Shown: positions 38,709 to 51,216, numbered from the stretch's first letter. The stretch: DNA of 64,000 nucleotides from Phoronis australis (GCA_002633005.1 NMRA01000375.1:322241-386240); one strand, 5' to 3'. Program-made: numbers and translations. The notes: generated by a model not told the origin, from the letters alone.

Positions 38709-39833
38709 ATGTCACAGGTTCAAAGCCGATTTCGTCGCCACTTTAGCTTGTCTTTGGCCCGGTACACTAACCTGCGGATGTTTGTTGAGAGCCAGTGGTG
38801 TCGGTTACCCTTGTTGGCTTTCCTCGTATACAGAGTAGCCACTGCAGTGTTAAGTTTCACACTTCTGATTTGGTTTATGACCGAGAGACGAGAACCGCTG
38901 TATGCCGTGATGGAACAGAGAACCTGGGCCTTGGTCATGTCTGTCCTCTATCTCTGCATGTCTTCCTGTATGGTAGTACGGCACTACCACAAGGGAGTTA
39001 AGTCACATAATCAAGTAGGTTGTCCAGCAAGAAGTCTGCCAAACGTCACCCGGCATGAACAGCGCAGACGCAGCACTATGTCGAGTAAGAGACAAGATAC
39101 GGCAGCTATATTTGGAAAAACGATTTCTTCACCCCACATGAAGCTTCGTTCCGAAGACCACAAAAATTCTAAACTAACGGGACACGTGACTCCGGGCTCT
39201 TACATTCGTGTCAAAGCGAAGAATGGAACCCAATCAGATGACATCATGACGTCAAGTATACAAGAAGACATACCGTCGGTTGATCTCACAGCTGGTAACG
39301 CCCACGAAAATTTAGTGAATTCGGCGAACCATCCACCATTGGCGAAAGTCACTACAATAGTCGTTGCAAAATCTTTTCGTCCGTATCTAAAACAGTTTCA
39401 GATATTGTGGTTGCTTCAAACTATTTCGTCACTTTCAACTCTCGAAATCCCCATGGATCTTTACATTGCCGCCATTCAAGGCATACAACTTCCGTCTACG
39501 CCGAGTTTCCGGGTGTTAACGATAGTAGTCCCACTCTGGAGTCTCTTGATCGAACCATTCGTCATCAAGATTCCAGTTCGCAATGGACATTTTGTATATT
39601 CCCAGATATTCTGGACAATCTATGTGGTGTTAATTTTGATACTTGGCGAAAATGTCAGCCCGAAGTTTTATGGCAATGATTTAGGGGTCAAGAAGGATCA
39701 TGGATGGGTGTTTGCAATAATCATGTTTTCTGAAATTATTATCATATTTCCGGCTCTAAACGTCCTTCTGTATGGCATTTTTAAGTTACGTCGATACATT
39801 CACCGCAGAATGAAGCGACATGATATAAAGTAA
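38709..39833 (+). CDS. Rolling stone-like (Rost) multi-pass membrane protein, divergent, intronless
   Basis: FVESQW..LVYRV N-terminal signature, two TM segments, long polar loop, ILWLLQTIS, LLIEPFVIKIPVRNGHFVYS..FWTIY and a final TM followed by a basic tail. Confidence 0.7.
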   Translation: MSQVQSRFRRHFSLSLARYTNLRMFVESQWCRLPLLAFLVYRVATAVLSFTLLIWFMTERREPLYAVMEQRTWALVMSVLYLCMSSCMVVRHYHKGVKSHNQVGCPARSLPNVTRHEQRRRSTMSSKRQDTAAIFGKTISSPHMKLRSEDHKNSKLTGHVTPGSYIRVKAKNGTQSDDIMTSSIQEDIPSVDLTAGNAHENLVNSANHPPLAKVTTIVVAKSFRPYLKQFQILWLLQTISSLSTLEIPMDLYIAAIQGIQLPSTPSFRVLTIVVPLWSLLIEPFVIKIPVRNGHFVYSQIFWTIYVVLILILGENVSPKFYGNDLGVKKDHGWVFAIIMFSEIIIIFPALNVLLYGIFKLRRYIHRRMKRHDIK

Positions 39834-41187
39834 AACATTCGATATGTGATTTCTTTTTATTGCATTATGAAAATTGTCGTGTCATAATTAAATTATTGAT
39901 AAGAAAACATATTACATCAAATTACTCGAGGCTCCGTTTACGGGGGTGTGATTTTTAAACTAACGCACTCATTGAAAACAGAAACACCTAAGCCATTCCC
40001 TTGATTTTTTATTTCGATCACTGTCCGTTTTAATAAAATGCAACTATTCAAGTTAAAAATGTTCGCCATACTCCGCGTCAACTGTAAACTGAAAGGCAAT
40101 CCACAATTTCAACCAATGGGAATAACTGAATGTTATGACGTCGGTTTCAGTACTCAAACCAATGAGAAGTCATGTTAAACAACATTCGAGTGCACCAATC
40201 TACGGGATCCCGATTCTGATTTGAGTCTATCTAAGATCGACCCATCACCAGATGTTAATACACTGAGTAGATACACGTACCTGACCAGTCAAAACTCGGA
40301 CAACTGAAGTTCTGACCAAGCAGGAAAATCCAGTTGTTCCAGTATGAGACAAGCCAACTGACAGCATAACTATATCTGGACTTCCACAGTTTTGGGAGGA
40401 GGGAGTGGGTTGGGGCCATACCATACGGATTAGTCCGAATTTCATTAAACAAAGTTGAAATACATCTGTTATACTTCAGACCTGGAAATATCATCTGTGG
40501 AATTTTCAACCTGCATCATAATTTTTGAAACATCAATTATTTACAATGTTTGTTAAACTGATAAAAATTATCTAGGTATGAGAAATTTTCGTAGACGCGT
40601 AAGCATGCAAATCAGAAACAAACGAAGAAACGAAATGCCTGAAAAGACATCTCACATGGTACGCGACAGCCTCAAGTTAGAATCAACACAGGAGTTCGAG
40701 TTTTCCACAAGATAAAGTGCAAGATTATCCGGAGTATTCTCAGGAAAATTTCGACAATTCATTTGTCTTTTAACCCATCGAGGAGAAGTCTCATACTTGG
40801 AAAACAGCATGTTTTTCATTTCAGTTACATCAAATGTAAGCTCAGGGGAACCTATAAATGAAACATCGACCCCTTCCAACAAAACTGACTTAGCTGTAAA
40901 TTTAAGATAAAACTTAAATGTGTCTCAAGACTGTTTCAAAAAAGAGATCTGAAGTTTGACTTAATTTTTATATAAGTTTTGTCTTTTTTTGACAGTCTTA
41001 CTGGATGTGGAAATTTCAACGTTTGGAAGTTAAGTCAAATGTTGACTTAAGTAAAAAATGAAGTTAAGATAACTGTGAACCTTCTTTACCAGGTTGTACT
41101 TATGAGCAGATACTTTAAATTCTGTTAGCTCTAACTCCTACAAAGTATATATTTTCTGAAAGGTGAATACATTTCCTAAAAACTTAC

Positions 41188-44100
41188 TTTAAACAGATGA
41201 TGTTTCTCTGCTCCCCCGTCAATCATCAGCAAGATGGCGTCTTCACAGCATGTTTCGGCCTTGAACTTGAACACGCTAGGCCCCCGAAGTTGATCAGGCT
41301 CCGGTTTGACGGGGATTCTGCCACTGTTTGGTCTTCTGTAACCACAACCATGACGATGCTGATTTCGCTGCGGCTTCTACCGACTTCATCATAGACTTCC
41401 TTGACTTATTTGAAATTTCCAGCATCCTAGGCATCCTCCACATGCTTGATGCCAAAAAACCACTATCTCCTACCTCAACTGGTAAACAGAAGTACCTCCA
41501 TCCATTCCTCGAGCAATCATAGCTCAGCTCGCTGTACTACATTTCTTTCCTCTCCTGGACTTCATGTATCCTAGTTTCCCATGGCACCGTTAACTCCACC
41601 TTCGCCGTATCTGACCACAAAATAATGTCTGGTCTCAAAGACGTCGAAGCTATGTGGAAAGGGAATCTGCTTTGTTTCCCCAGATCTGCCTCCATGCACC
41701 AATCATTAGACATAGATAGGATTCGTCCTGTGTTGCTAATACCCCTCTTGCAGCCAGCCGTCGTAAAGTCAATAAACTTCTTCACAACCTTCCGCTTGGT
41801 TCTCCCCTCTAGGTCTAATGTGTGGGCAATTTCGTTAAGGACCTTGTTGTGACGCTAAGTGTACTTCCCCTCTGCCAGGGCCACCCTGCAACTGCACAGA
41901 ACATGTTGTAGGGACTCTACTTCGCCACAACGGCTACACCTGTCCTATTTTTCCTTCTCCCATAACTTCAGGTTACTTCCCGTTGGTAAGGTGTCGTACA
42001 CTGAGTGTAACAAAAACCTCAGCCTGTGCTGTTCCATGTGGAGAAGGTCCGCTGCTGTTATTCTCCTTCCTAGCACTCCTTCCCATGTGGTCCATTCGCC
42101 CTGTCTCTTCATGCCTACTGCACGAGCAACACGTTTCTCTCCTTCCTCTTCACGAATCTCCGTGAGTACCATATCTCTCTTCTCCTTAACCTTTGTCGCC
42201 TTCCACCTAGTTGATGATCTAAAGCCCAAAACCTGTCGACCACAACAGACTGAACCAACTATGTCTTTATGTCGGAGGCGACTCTCTGCTCTGTTCACAG
42301 CCACTTGGGGTTCCCACTTTCTACCTGCTGACACCTTAATCTCTGATAAGCTGACAAATCTGTCCCTGGAATCTCGGATTATGAGAACTTCCTTTGCTTT
42401 TGACACCATAAAGTTCTCAACCAGAGACCTTAGTGGAAATGATACTGCTGCTGACGTGAAGCTCGCTGGTACTCCCAACCATTTCCCGATACGCTAGTTT
42501 GCCTCCCGCTCCATAGCCTCGACTGTTGAGATCGGAATGCTGTAAACCGATAGCGGCCACGAGATCTTGGCAGCTAACCGAATTGATAACACCAGAGCTT
42601 GAATTTCTCTGGCAAAGTGCACCCGCTGATCTTCCACAGACTCTCCCTGAACAGGGCCACTGTGCCCCTTGCGTTTATGATGTCGCTTAAACTGCTGTCG
42701 TACACCTTGCCTAGATATTTCACCGACTTCTCACCCAAGGGCGGAATCCCCTCACCGTTCATACGGAAGGCTCGGTGCTGACTCATTCTCCCGTTCATCA
42801 AGACCAGACTTCTTGACACCTTGAACTTCATCCTACCCCAAACATTTAGTTCTTCTAATTTCTTCAACACCCAACCTGCTCCTACTAATGTTGGTGTAGT
42901 AACTGTTAGGTCGTCGACAAATGCACGACACGGAGGAAGGCGTCTGCCTTATAGAAGAGACCCCCTGCACTGTTTGCTGGCTAGGCGAATAATGAGGTTC
43001 ACAAATAAGCTGACTGAAATGGTGCACCCTGTCAATATCCCTTTCTCCAAAGGCATGAAATCTGTTGCGAACTCTTTCGTTGAAAATCGCACCTGTATAC
43101 TGTTGAAGTAGTCGTTGATGACATTCTGTACTCCTTCCGGAAAATGATAAGTCGTCATCGCCTTCCTAATTAGTGAATCCGGAATGGAACCATAGGCATT
43201 CTATAAATCTAACCACAAACTGCCAAGTCCGACTTGTTTGCCTTCGCCTTACCGATCAGCTCCGTTAGAACAACATTATGCTCCAGGCAACCCGACTGTC
43301 CTGGTACACCACCTTTCTGCACTGTGGGGTCCCCAGGGCGTACTTGACAATTCTTGATGCAATCACTGCGAAGAAATTTTGAACTCCACATCAAGCAGGG
43401 AGATCGACCTGTAGTCTTTTATAGCCTCTGCATCTTTGATCTTTGGGATATAACAACCCTCAGCTTTGCCCCAGTGATCAGGAACTTTCTTCAATTTCCA
43501 TACGCCTTTTAGTAGCGATAACAGTCTTAATAGGCTCGGGCACTTCTTGTAAATAATGTAACTCAAACCAGACGGACCTGGGGCTGAACCGGCTTTAGCC
43601 TTCATGACGACACTCTTCACTTCAGAGAACTTAATATTTCCAGTGTCAAGCTGAACTTTTGGCGGAACTTCCTCATCCATCCAATCGAACTCTTCTAGAC
43701 TGTTGTGCTGGTTCGCGTCGCTATGAATCTTCATCAAGTGGTCTTCTAGTTCCATTTTGCTGCATGATAACCGGCCGCTCGTTTCTTTCCCTAACAAGTC
43801 CTTGGAAAACTGGTATGGGTTCTTTACAAATGACTCTCTTGCCCGCTCTCTACTTTTCCGTTTTCTCCTCAGACGTTCTGCTCTACTAAGTTCGAATAAT
43901 CTGTCCCTAAGCTCCTCTTTTACTTGAGCTAGACCTATCTTCTCAGCTTCCGGGGCCTGTTTCCACAGCTTTGTCAGGTCGCGGAGCTCTGCGCGCAGAC
44001 TCGCAATATCCTTTTGTCGTCTACTCGGTCCACTCTGCACCTTCGGGGAGCTCTTTCGTACTTGGATTCCTAATCTATCCCTGCGCATATTATAAATGTT

Positions 44101-44250
44101 CTCCAACATGGTCCCTATCTTCTTATGGTCCGGGCCCATAAAAACAACCTCTAATGTTGCACTGGCATCGCTATCTAGTTTGGGCCAAGAAATCTTCTTT
44201 TTCCGTTTCGTAGACCTTCCGATGTTGGTCCTTGCTTGTTGGCTCCCTCC
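41188..44250 (-). mobile_element. 5'-truncated, frameshifted RLE-type non-LTR retrotransposon (Hero/NeSL-like)
   Basis: Pieces of one ORF: SAPGPSG, YRSISLLDVE, QKGGVPGQSGCLEH, LDL.NAYGSIP, GILTGCTIS, RAFVDDLTV (RT), CxxC..HVL.xC knuckle, RPDIILWS..VELTVPWE, FLPVEVG-like and SSWLWL (RLE); many stops and frameshifts. Confidence 0.92.
41214..41314 (-). ncRNA. Structured 3'-end RNA with hammerhead-like core motifs in rearranged order (candidate ribozyme)
   Basis: Five complementary helices plus GUU, GAAAC and CUGAUGA on the retrotransposon sense strand; see findings. Confidence 0.5.
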
Positions 44251-44704
44251 TTATTATATTATTCTTATTTACTTGTTCTTATTTTTTCACGATATGCGCT
44301 TTTTAGTACTTTTTGTACTTTTAACAGAGATTTTAAAAAGAATGTTCCTCCAGTGCTATTGGTCTTTTGTCAACATGTCGATAACGGCATTTTCGAGGGA
44401 ACTGTGCCTCAGATTTTTGAAATAGGTCTTTAATTATCGACTTTTTCAAACATTTTGAGCAAACAAAAAAGCGACAGCACTCTTGATTTTTGAAGGCTTC
44501 GTTCCGAAAAACTAGGATCTATTTCAAAACTCTTAGACGCGGCACCCTCGAAAATGCCGTAACCAACATATTAACAAAATACCAATATGATTGGAGGAAC
44601 AAAATTTTAAAATCTCTGTTCAAGTTCAAAGTCAATTTATTTTTTTTCTAAAAACGCATATTTCGTGAAAAACTAAAGTCAGTAAACAAGAATAATAAAT
44701 TGTT

Positions 44705-47194
44705 TTAGGAAATTCATCCACCTTTCAGAAAATATATACTTTGTAGGGGTTACAGCTAACGGAATTTAAGATATTTGCACATAAGTACAACCTGGTAAAC
44801 AAGGTTCATAGTACCTTAAGTCAGTTTCTTGGAACGAGCCTCGTGTCTCATAAAATAAGCTGTGAACGGTGTTCGCCTACATATGTAGTCCTAAACACGA
44901 CGTAATGTTCGAAAATGGACTTCTAATCGCACCAACTGCCTCATTCGATGACAAACGCAAACCAAAACAAACGGTAATTTGAGGCTGGAATTTTTGGATT
45001 ATTCACTAAGTTCGGGTTTTATGCCAAAGCAGGCATTTTAAAGCAAAATTCAAACATAACGCAAAGTCGGCTGGGGGTTATTTTGCTATGAATGTACCTT
45101 TCTTGCACATGAAAATTTGAATAACATCGTCTCGTGAAAATAATAAAGACAAAGCAGTAAGAAGCATATTTTTAGAATCTTCAATCTTTCTCCTTTCAGA
45201 AAATACGTACTTATAATGGTTGACGATACTTGACTTAGAGTTGACTGCCGAGTTATGATTTATTTGAAGAAAGGAAAATTACTTCACACATTTTGACAGA
45301 TACTTCACTTAGTGAGTGCACTCACATTTAACGACATTGGTTTTGTATCAGATACCACTTTTTACAACTGGTTTTTGTAGTTCAGTTTTTACACAGTGTC
45401 AGTGGTGATGAAATCCCAATTATACCACGAGAGAAACCCCCCACCCGGCCCAAAGCCAGTCAATCTGAAGTCATTGTATCTACTGTGTACCACGTGACTA
45501 GGTCACTGACCTATTTCTCTGACGGGATTCCCTAAGCCAGCCATCTTTGCGAATGTGATCTTCGCTCGTCCTCCTTAGTGACGCTGGTCAGTTCCTATCA
45601 GCTAAGTCTACGCAATTTAAACCACAGAGGACGCCAAGTAGTCACATGGAATTTACATTTCGTGGTCAACAGTTGACCGTTACTCGACGTGAACCTTGAC
45701 AGTACTTTCTGTCTGAACTGGACCACCGGCACCCGAAGCTTGTTCGTAACGGCGGGAGTTCTACTGTGTACAGGAAGAGCAATGCATGGCCTCTTGTCCG
45801 GTCCAACCCTGGGCGACACGGACCTTGTTCTTCACTCATTGAAAGCTGGTACGCATAATATTGTACAAGTTGCAGCGGTTATCGTAGACATTATGAGCTA
45901 TAGAACTATATAGAAGCCTGATCAGCTGATCAGTTNTTAGGAAATTCATTCACCTTTCAGAAAATATATACTTTGTAGGGGTTACAGCTAACGGAATTTA
46001 AGATATTTGCACATAAGTACAACCTGGTAAACAAGGTTCATAGTACCTTAAGTCAGTTTCTTGGAACGAGCCTCGTGTCTTATAAAATAAGCTGTGAACG
46101 GTGTTCGCCTATATATGTAGTCCTAAACACGACGTAATGTTCGAAAATGGACTTCTAATCGCACCAACTGCCTCATTCGATGACAAACGCGAATCAAAAC
46201 AAACGGTAAATTGTGGCTGGAATTTTTGGATTATTCACCAAGTTCGGGTTTTATGCCAAAGCAGGCATTTTAAAGCAAAATTCAAACATTATTTTTGAGA
46301 CATAACGCAAAGTCGGCTGGGGGTTATTTTGCTATGAATGTACCTTTCTTGCACATGAAAATTTGACTAACATCGTCACGTGAAAATAATAAAGACAAAG
46401 CAGTAAGAAGCATATTTTTAGAATCTTCAATCTTTCTCCTTTCAGAAAATGCGTACTTATAATGGTTGACGATACTTGACTTAGAGTTGAGGTCGAGTTA
46501 TGATTTATTTGAAGAAAGGAAAATTACTTCACACATTTTGACAGATACTTTACTTAGTGAGTGCACTCACATTTAACGACATTGGTTTTGTATCAGATAC
46601 CACTTTTTACAACTGGTTTTTGTAGTTCAGTTTTTACACAGTGTCAGTGGTGATGAAATCCCAATTAAACCACGAGAGAAACCCCCCACCCGGCCCAAAG
46701 CCAGTCAATCTGAAGTCATTGTATCTACTGTGTACCACGTGACTAGGTCACTGGCCTATTTTCTCTGACGGGATTCCCTAAGCCAGCCATCTTTGCGAAT
46801 GTGATCTTCGCTCGTCCTCCTTAGTGACGCTGGTCAGTTCCTATCAGCTAGGTCTACGCAATTTAAACCACAGAGGACGGATGGTAAGTAGTCACATGGA
46901 ATTTACATTTCGTGGTCAACAGTTGACCGTTACTCGACGTGAACCTTGACAGTACTTTCTGTCTGAACTGGACCACCGGCAGCCGAAGCTTGTTCGTAAC
47001 GGGAGTCCTACTGTGTACAGGAAGAGCAATGCATGGCCTCTTGTCCGGTCCAACCCTGGGCGACGCGTTGCTTAACACGGACCTTGTTCTTCACTCATTG
47101 AAAGCTGGTACGCATAATATTGTACAAGTTGCAGCGGTTATCGTAGACATTATGAGCTATAGAACTATATAGAAGCCTGATCAGCTGATCAGTT
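44705..47194 (+). repeat. ~1.24-kb near-identical tandem duplication (44705-45935 / 45937-47194)
   Basis: Copies differ by few substitutions and small indels and meet exactly at an N (45936); probably an allelic overlap in the assembly. Confidence 0.9.
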
Positions 47195-50100
47195 AATTTA
47201 CATACTTTAGGCAATTCCCTAGTCTCCGGTGCGTTCTGAACTTCTGGCGACAGGGTTTTGAGGGAGTGAGGTGCCGGACTTGGCTAAGTAGGATAACTAC
47301 TGTAGCTTATTAGGGTGTCGCTAAAACGATCGGAAACCCTGCAGGGCCGGGTTTAAAGGATACTAAACCCTGTTTTGTTGATTTCAACTATTCCTCGTTC
47401 TGTTCTCTGCTGACCGGACACCAATGGCGTATCACTTGAGTGATAAAAAAAGCTGAATACAGTCAACTAAAATCACATACTTGCTATGCCACAGACATGG
47501 TTCTTGGTGGGTATCTTTTCCTACAGTTTTCGTGGAACTCGCTTCAGTAATGCACCACTCAGTCGCGCCTGCCCATTCGACAGACTTTGTAAGGACTATT
47601 CAAAATTTGCTACAAACTTTTAAGGGTTGACGAGGGTTTCAGAGCATTATTTTGTTATAGCATGGGAGAATTGATGTTAATAGGCCAAAACCGAGAGAGC
47701 AAAGTTATTTTCTGAGACCAGCTTCAGCTTGGATTCGAGCCTGCATTCCCCGCTGGCGTAGGTAAATCGTACTTGATTGACGCTGTATGTTAAGTGCATT
47801 TATCTTGTAGAGTAGGCGGCTGACAACGGCTTGAATTGGCGATTTGTAATTGAAATAAAATCACAAAAACACAACGGATTTCTTTATCTTATAGTTCTGC
47901 TCAAGGCTATTAACTTCAAGAAGCATATCCCATCCAACAATAATAACTTCAAGCAGTCTATTCCACCCATCAATAATCCCACTTTCCTATCGTAAAATCG
48001 AAATATTCCTTTGAATGGCACCCAGTTGTGTGATACTTTGATTGATCACCATTTCCTCAAAACATCCTTTTGTAGTGGTTTGAAATCACCAAACTCATAA
48101 TAACAACCCTTAGATTTGTATTCTTTTCAACACAACAAGCCGAATTATAAAGCTAATTTCTGTAGAATTCTGTTACAAAAATGAACCCGTTTGTATCCGG
48201 CGTCACAGCTCAACAAGTGAACCTTTTCACAAAAAAGTTCATTGGAAAGGCACCCGCCATTGCTCTGTAATCTGAAGTGTTCTATCATCGACTTCTGGAT
48301 TCACGAGTACATTGCGCAGCGATGATTGCATTACACTCGATCATGCGAATTCAATGCAAGCGTTATCAAAAGAGCACGTTGTCGTTCCTTGGTACCAACT
48401 GTAGAGAAGCGATTGCCTTTCCGTTTCCAGCGACCAGTCCTATTCGACTAGTGACCGGCCTGTTGGCCTAATTAGCATGAAGATACGCTAGAGGGGGGCG
48501 GGGGTAAATCTTGGTCACGAATATGTTTTCCCACGCCTTCTCAGATTGAAGCTGGATCAATCTCCGACTTCTACGGCGTAAGAAACTAGTCAATCAAAGT
48601 AAGATTTTATAGCCTTCAATAGTCTAAAAGTTACTTGTCTATTTTTAAATGATAAATTTTTGGCCTATTGGCCTGCGTCCTAATAATTGAACACTGCCTG
48701 ATCTGCCTTGTACAAGCAGGTTGTTTGCTAACTTGCGAGCACCTGTGTCTATCGAGGACAGACGTTTGCCCTCTGTTGGGTAAGAGAACCTCTTGTGCCT
48801 ATAAATAATTAACACTGTGACGCTTGCGCATTAATTAGTTGCATGCTGGCGCGTTTGCCCTGCTTAATACCATGAGCGTATTATAGAAGGAAATAGCAAT
48901 AATCTAAAGTCAGAAAAAATATAATTTGATATTTCGATTGGTTTTGAATTGATGGGAAATGAAACTAGACGAGTTGCGAGTTTTCACACTTTTGTGCTTT
49001 TTCAAAACACGTCTATATTTATTACGTAGGGCAAAAAAATTTACAAAAATAGGCAGTCTTAGTACCACGGCATTTCTGGGCACACCGAAAATTTCAGCCG
49101 ACCATTGTTAGATTTTGTTAGGACACGCAGCTTCGCCATTTTTGTACCATGATTTTTTCGATGCATCACTTGAAAAAAATGACTTAATTTGAATTTTAAC
49201 CGTCTTGTTCGCCAAACTCGGATACATCCAGTTCAAGTATACATTTGACATTCTAGTACTTTGGTAACACCGTCTGGTCTTTTCTTTAGTGACCAGAATA
49301 AAGTCAAGTAGTGCGAGAATGGATTTGATAACTGTTGGAGATTCTCATCCGTGTGCAGTGGTATTGCAATCGGTTCAACAAAAGCGTGCGAAATCCATAC
49401 GACATCATTTGGCATGGGAAGTCATACTCCTGGGGTTAAATTTTGCGGCAGTTTCGTTATCTGCGTTGTCGTATTATGCTTTCCACGATGGATCGGGCAA
49501 AGGTATACATAGATAAGCATGTGTGAACTGTCACCAGCCTTGACGGGTAGTTTTGACCACTTGCGTGTTTTATTAGTCCAAGTAAGATATTTAGATACTG
49601 TCACCTTCGTTTGGTAAGTGGAAACTTCCTTACGTTTATGCTTTTTTAGGTGTGCGCCTCTATTACTAAAAGAGCGCAGTGCCACTATAATGCAAGTCTT
49701 TGGTGTGGTTTCATGAAAAGCATGGGAGCGGGTACGTTTTCAATACCACTCAGAGACCTGCCGTCACGAAGGTCTACGTTTGCCACGTAGGATCACACAC
49801 CACTGTGTTGTGTGTTATCACCACACGTTAGCTATTTCTCATGAACAATCTGAACTTTGTGGTGTATTCTGAAGTCGTTAAAAATCTGCTGCTTTTCAGT
49901 TTTCATCGAAGATGTAAAACCGATTCAGAGACTAATAATCTGGCCAGTCGCGCACAATCAACAGGGGCAAACAAAATCACGTCATTGGAATGTAACTTTC
50001 TCACTTAAAGAAAACAGATCTGTCGTCTGATTTGGGGCTGACGACAAGAAGGCGTATCAGACATCTGACTACCGATCTCGTGATTTTTTAGGTGATCGTT

Positions 50101-50382
50101 TAAACGTCCAATGTGCCTTCTGATCGGACGCTATTGTATTAAAAACAGAAGGTACAGTGAAATACCGTTGCACTGTTTTGGCGGAGGTTTTCACTTCTGC
50201 TTGTCCATTTCACCATATTGTAGGCCCATTTACAAATGCGCATGTCTGCTCCCGGAAGTTACAGTGGCGTTGCGCTGTCCTCTTAATGGATAATGTTCCG
50301 TTGTATCAAAAAGTTTAGTCTAAGCAATTTTGATTAAATTTTCTTTAAGGTTTGATCTGAAGAGCCACGAGGGGACAGATAA

Positions 50383-50947
50383 ATGGCCCCATCTACTCCT
50401 GTGGCGGACGTGCCAGTGGTCGATTTTAGCAGATTAACAACGAAGAGAGACGACGTTGCAAAACAAATAGTTGACGGACTCAGAGATGTCGGATTTTTAG
50501 CCATAAAGAACGTAGCAGGTGTCAACACAGACAGAGTGCATCGACTGTGTGAATGGTTCTTCAGTCTACCAACGGCCTCCAAGCTGTCTTTGTCCAGGAG
50601 ACGGTGGAACCCTGACAGCTCTAAAGTATACAGGGGATACTTCCCAAATGATCCGTCCAACTCGAGCAATAAAGAAGCTTTCGAAATGGGTCTTCCTCTT
50701 CCCGAAGATGACCCGGAGTTGTTGGCGGGAAACGTGCTCTACGAGAACCCGCTCTGGCCGCCTGAAGATGGCGCCGTCAATTTCCAACAAGAAATGTGCG
50801 CGTACTACGAGTTGATGCACACCAATGCGACAGAGATCATGAGACTGATTGCCACCGGCCTTGGTCAGGATGAGCACGTCTTTGATCACATGTTCGTCAA
50901 CAAACCGCTATCTACTCTGCGTTTACTCCACTACCCCCCTCGACAAG
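50383..50947 (+). CDS. 2OG-Fe(II) oxygenase, IPNS/DIOX family, coding exon 1
   Basis: VPVVDFS..GFLAIKN..FFSLP..K..YRGYFP..KEAFEMG..N.WP..LRLLHYPP; donor CAAG|gtaatg at 50947/50948. Confidence 0.92.
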
Positions 50948-51216
50948 GTAATGAGTTAGCCGACGTGTTATTTACTCGAGGAGGTGAGGTTACTTACGTG
51001 CGTGGGACGCCAATGCTGTGTGTACCGCTATGATATTTTCGGGTTTTCGTTGCTAGATGTCCCCATGTTATTTCCTAGGATAGGGTTCACTAACAGGGTT
51101 AGGAACTCAACTGCAGGGTTCATTTTGGAACAGAACTCCACAAGGGGTGGGGTTCATTTTAACAAGGTTACAGTCCAACATGCTGTTTGTTGAATTTCTA
51201 CTCTATGAATACTTAA

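Larger units (their letters stand above)
41068..44815. mobile_element. Palindromic TTAA-flanked MITE split by the retrotransposon insertion
   Basis: TTAA at 41064-41067 and 44816-44819; 41068-41183 plus 44251-44430 is the reverse complement of about 44510-44815. Confidence 0.8.

Noticed and set aside
41859-42497. 212-aa plus-strand ORF (and similar ORFs at 32937-33260, 50566-50889, 53096-53512)
   Set aside because: Antisense shadows of real coding sequence with no independent motifs.
44705-47194. 1.24-kb tandem duplication as a real segmental duplication or LTR pair
   Set aside because: The copies meet exactly at an N and the second starts mid-MITE; most likely two haplotypes joined by scaffolding. 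Long reads would decide.
47240-47275. Gypsy-type primer-binding site (tggcgac)
   Set aside because: No TG..CA LTR boundary before it and no gag/pol remnant after it.
50948-51033. C-terminal tail of the 216-aa ORF
   Set aside because: Read-through into the intron; splicing at 50947 to 53001 restores the catalytic domain.
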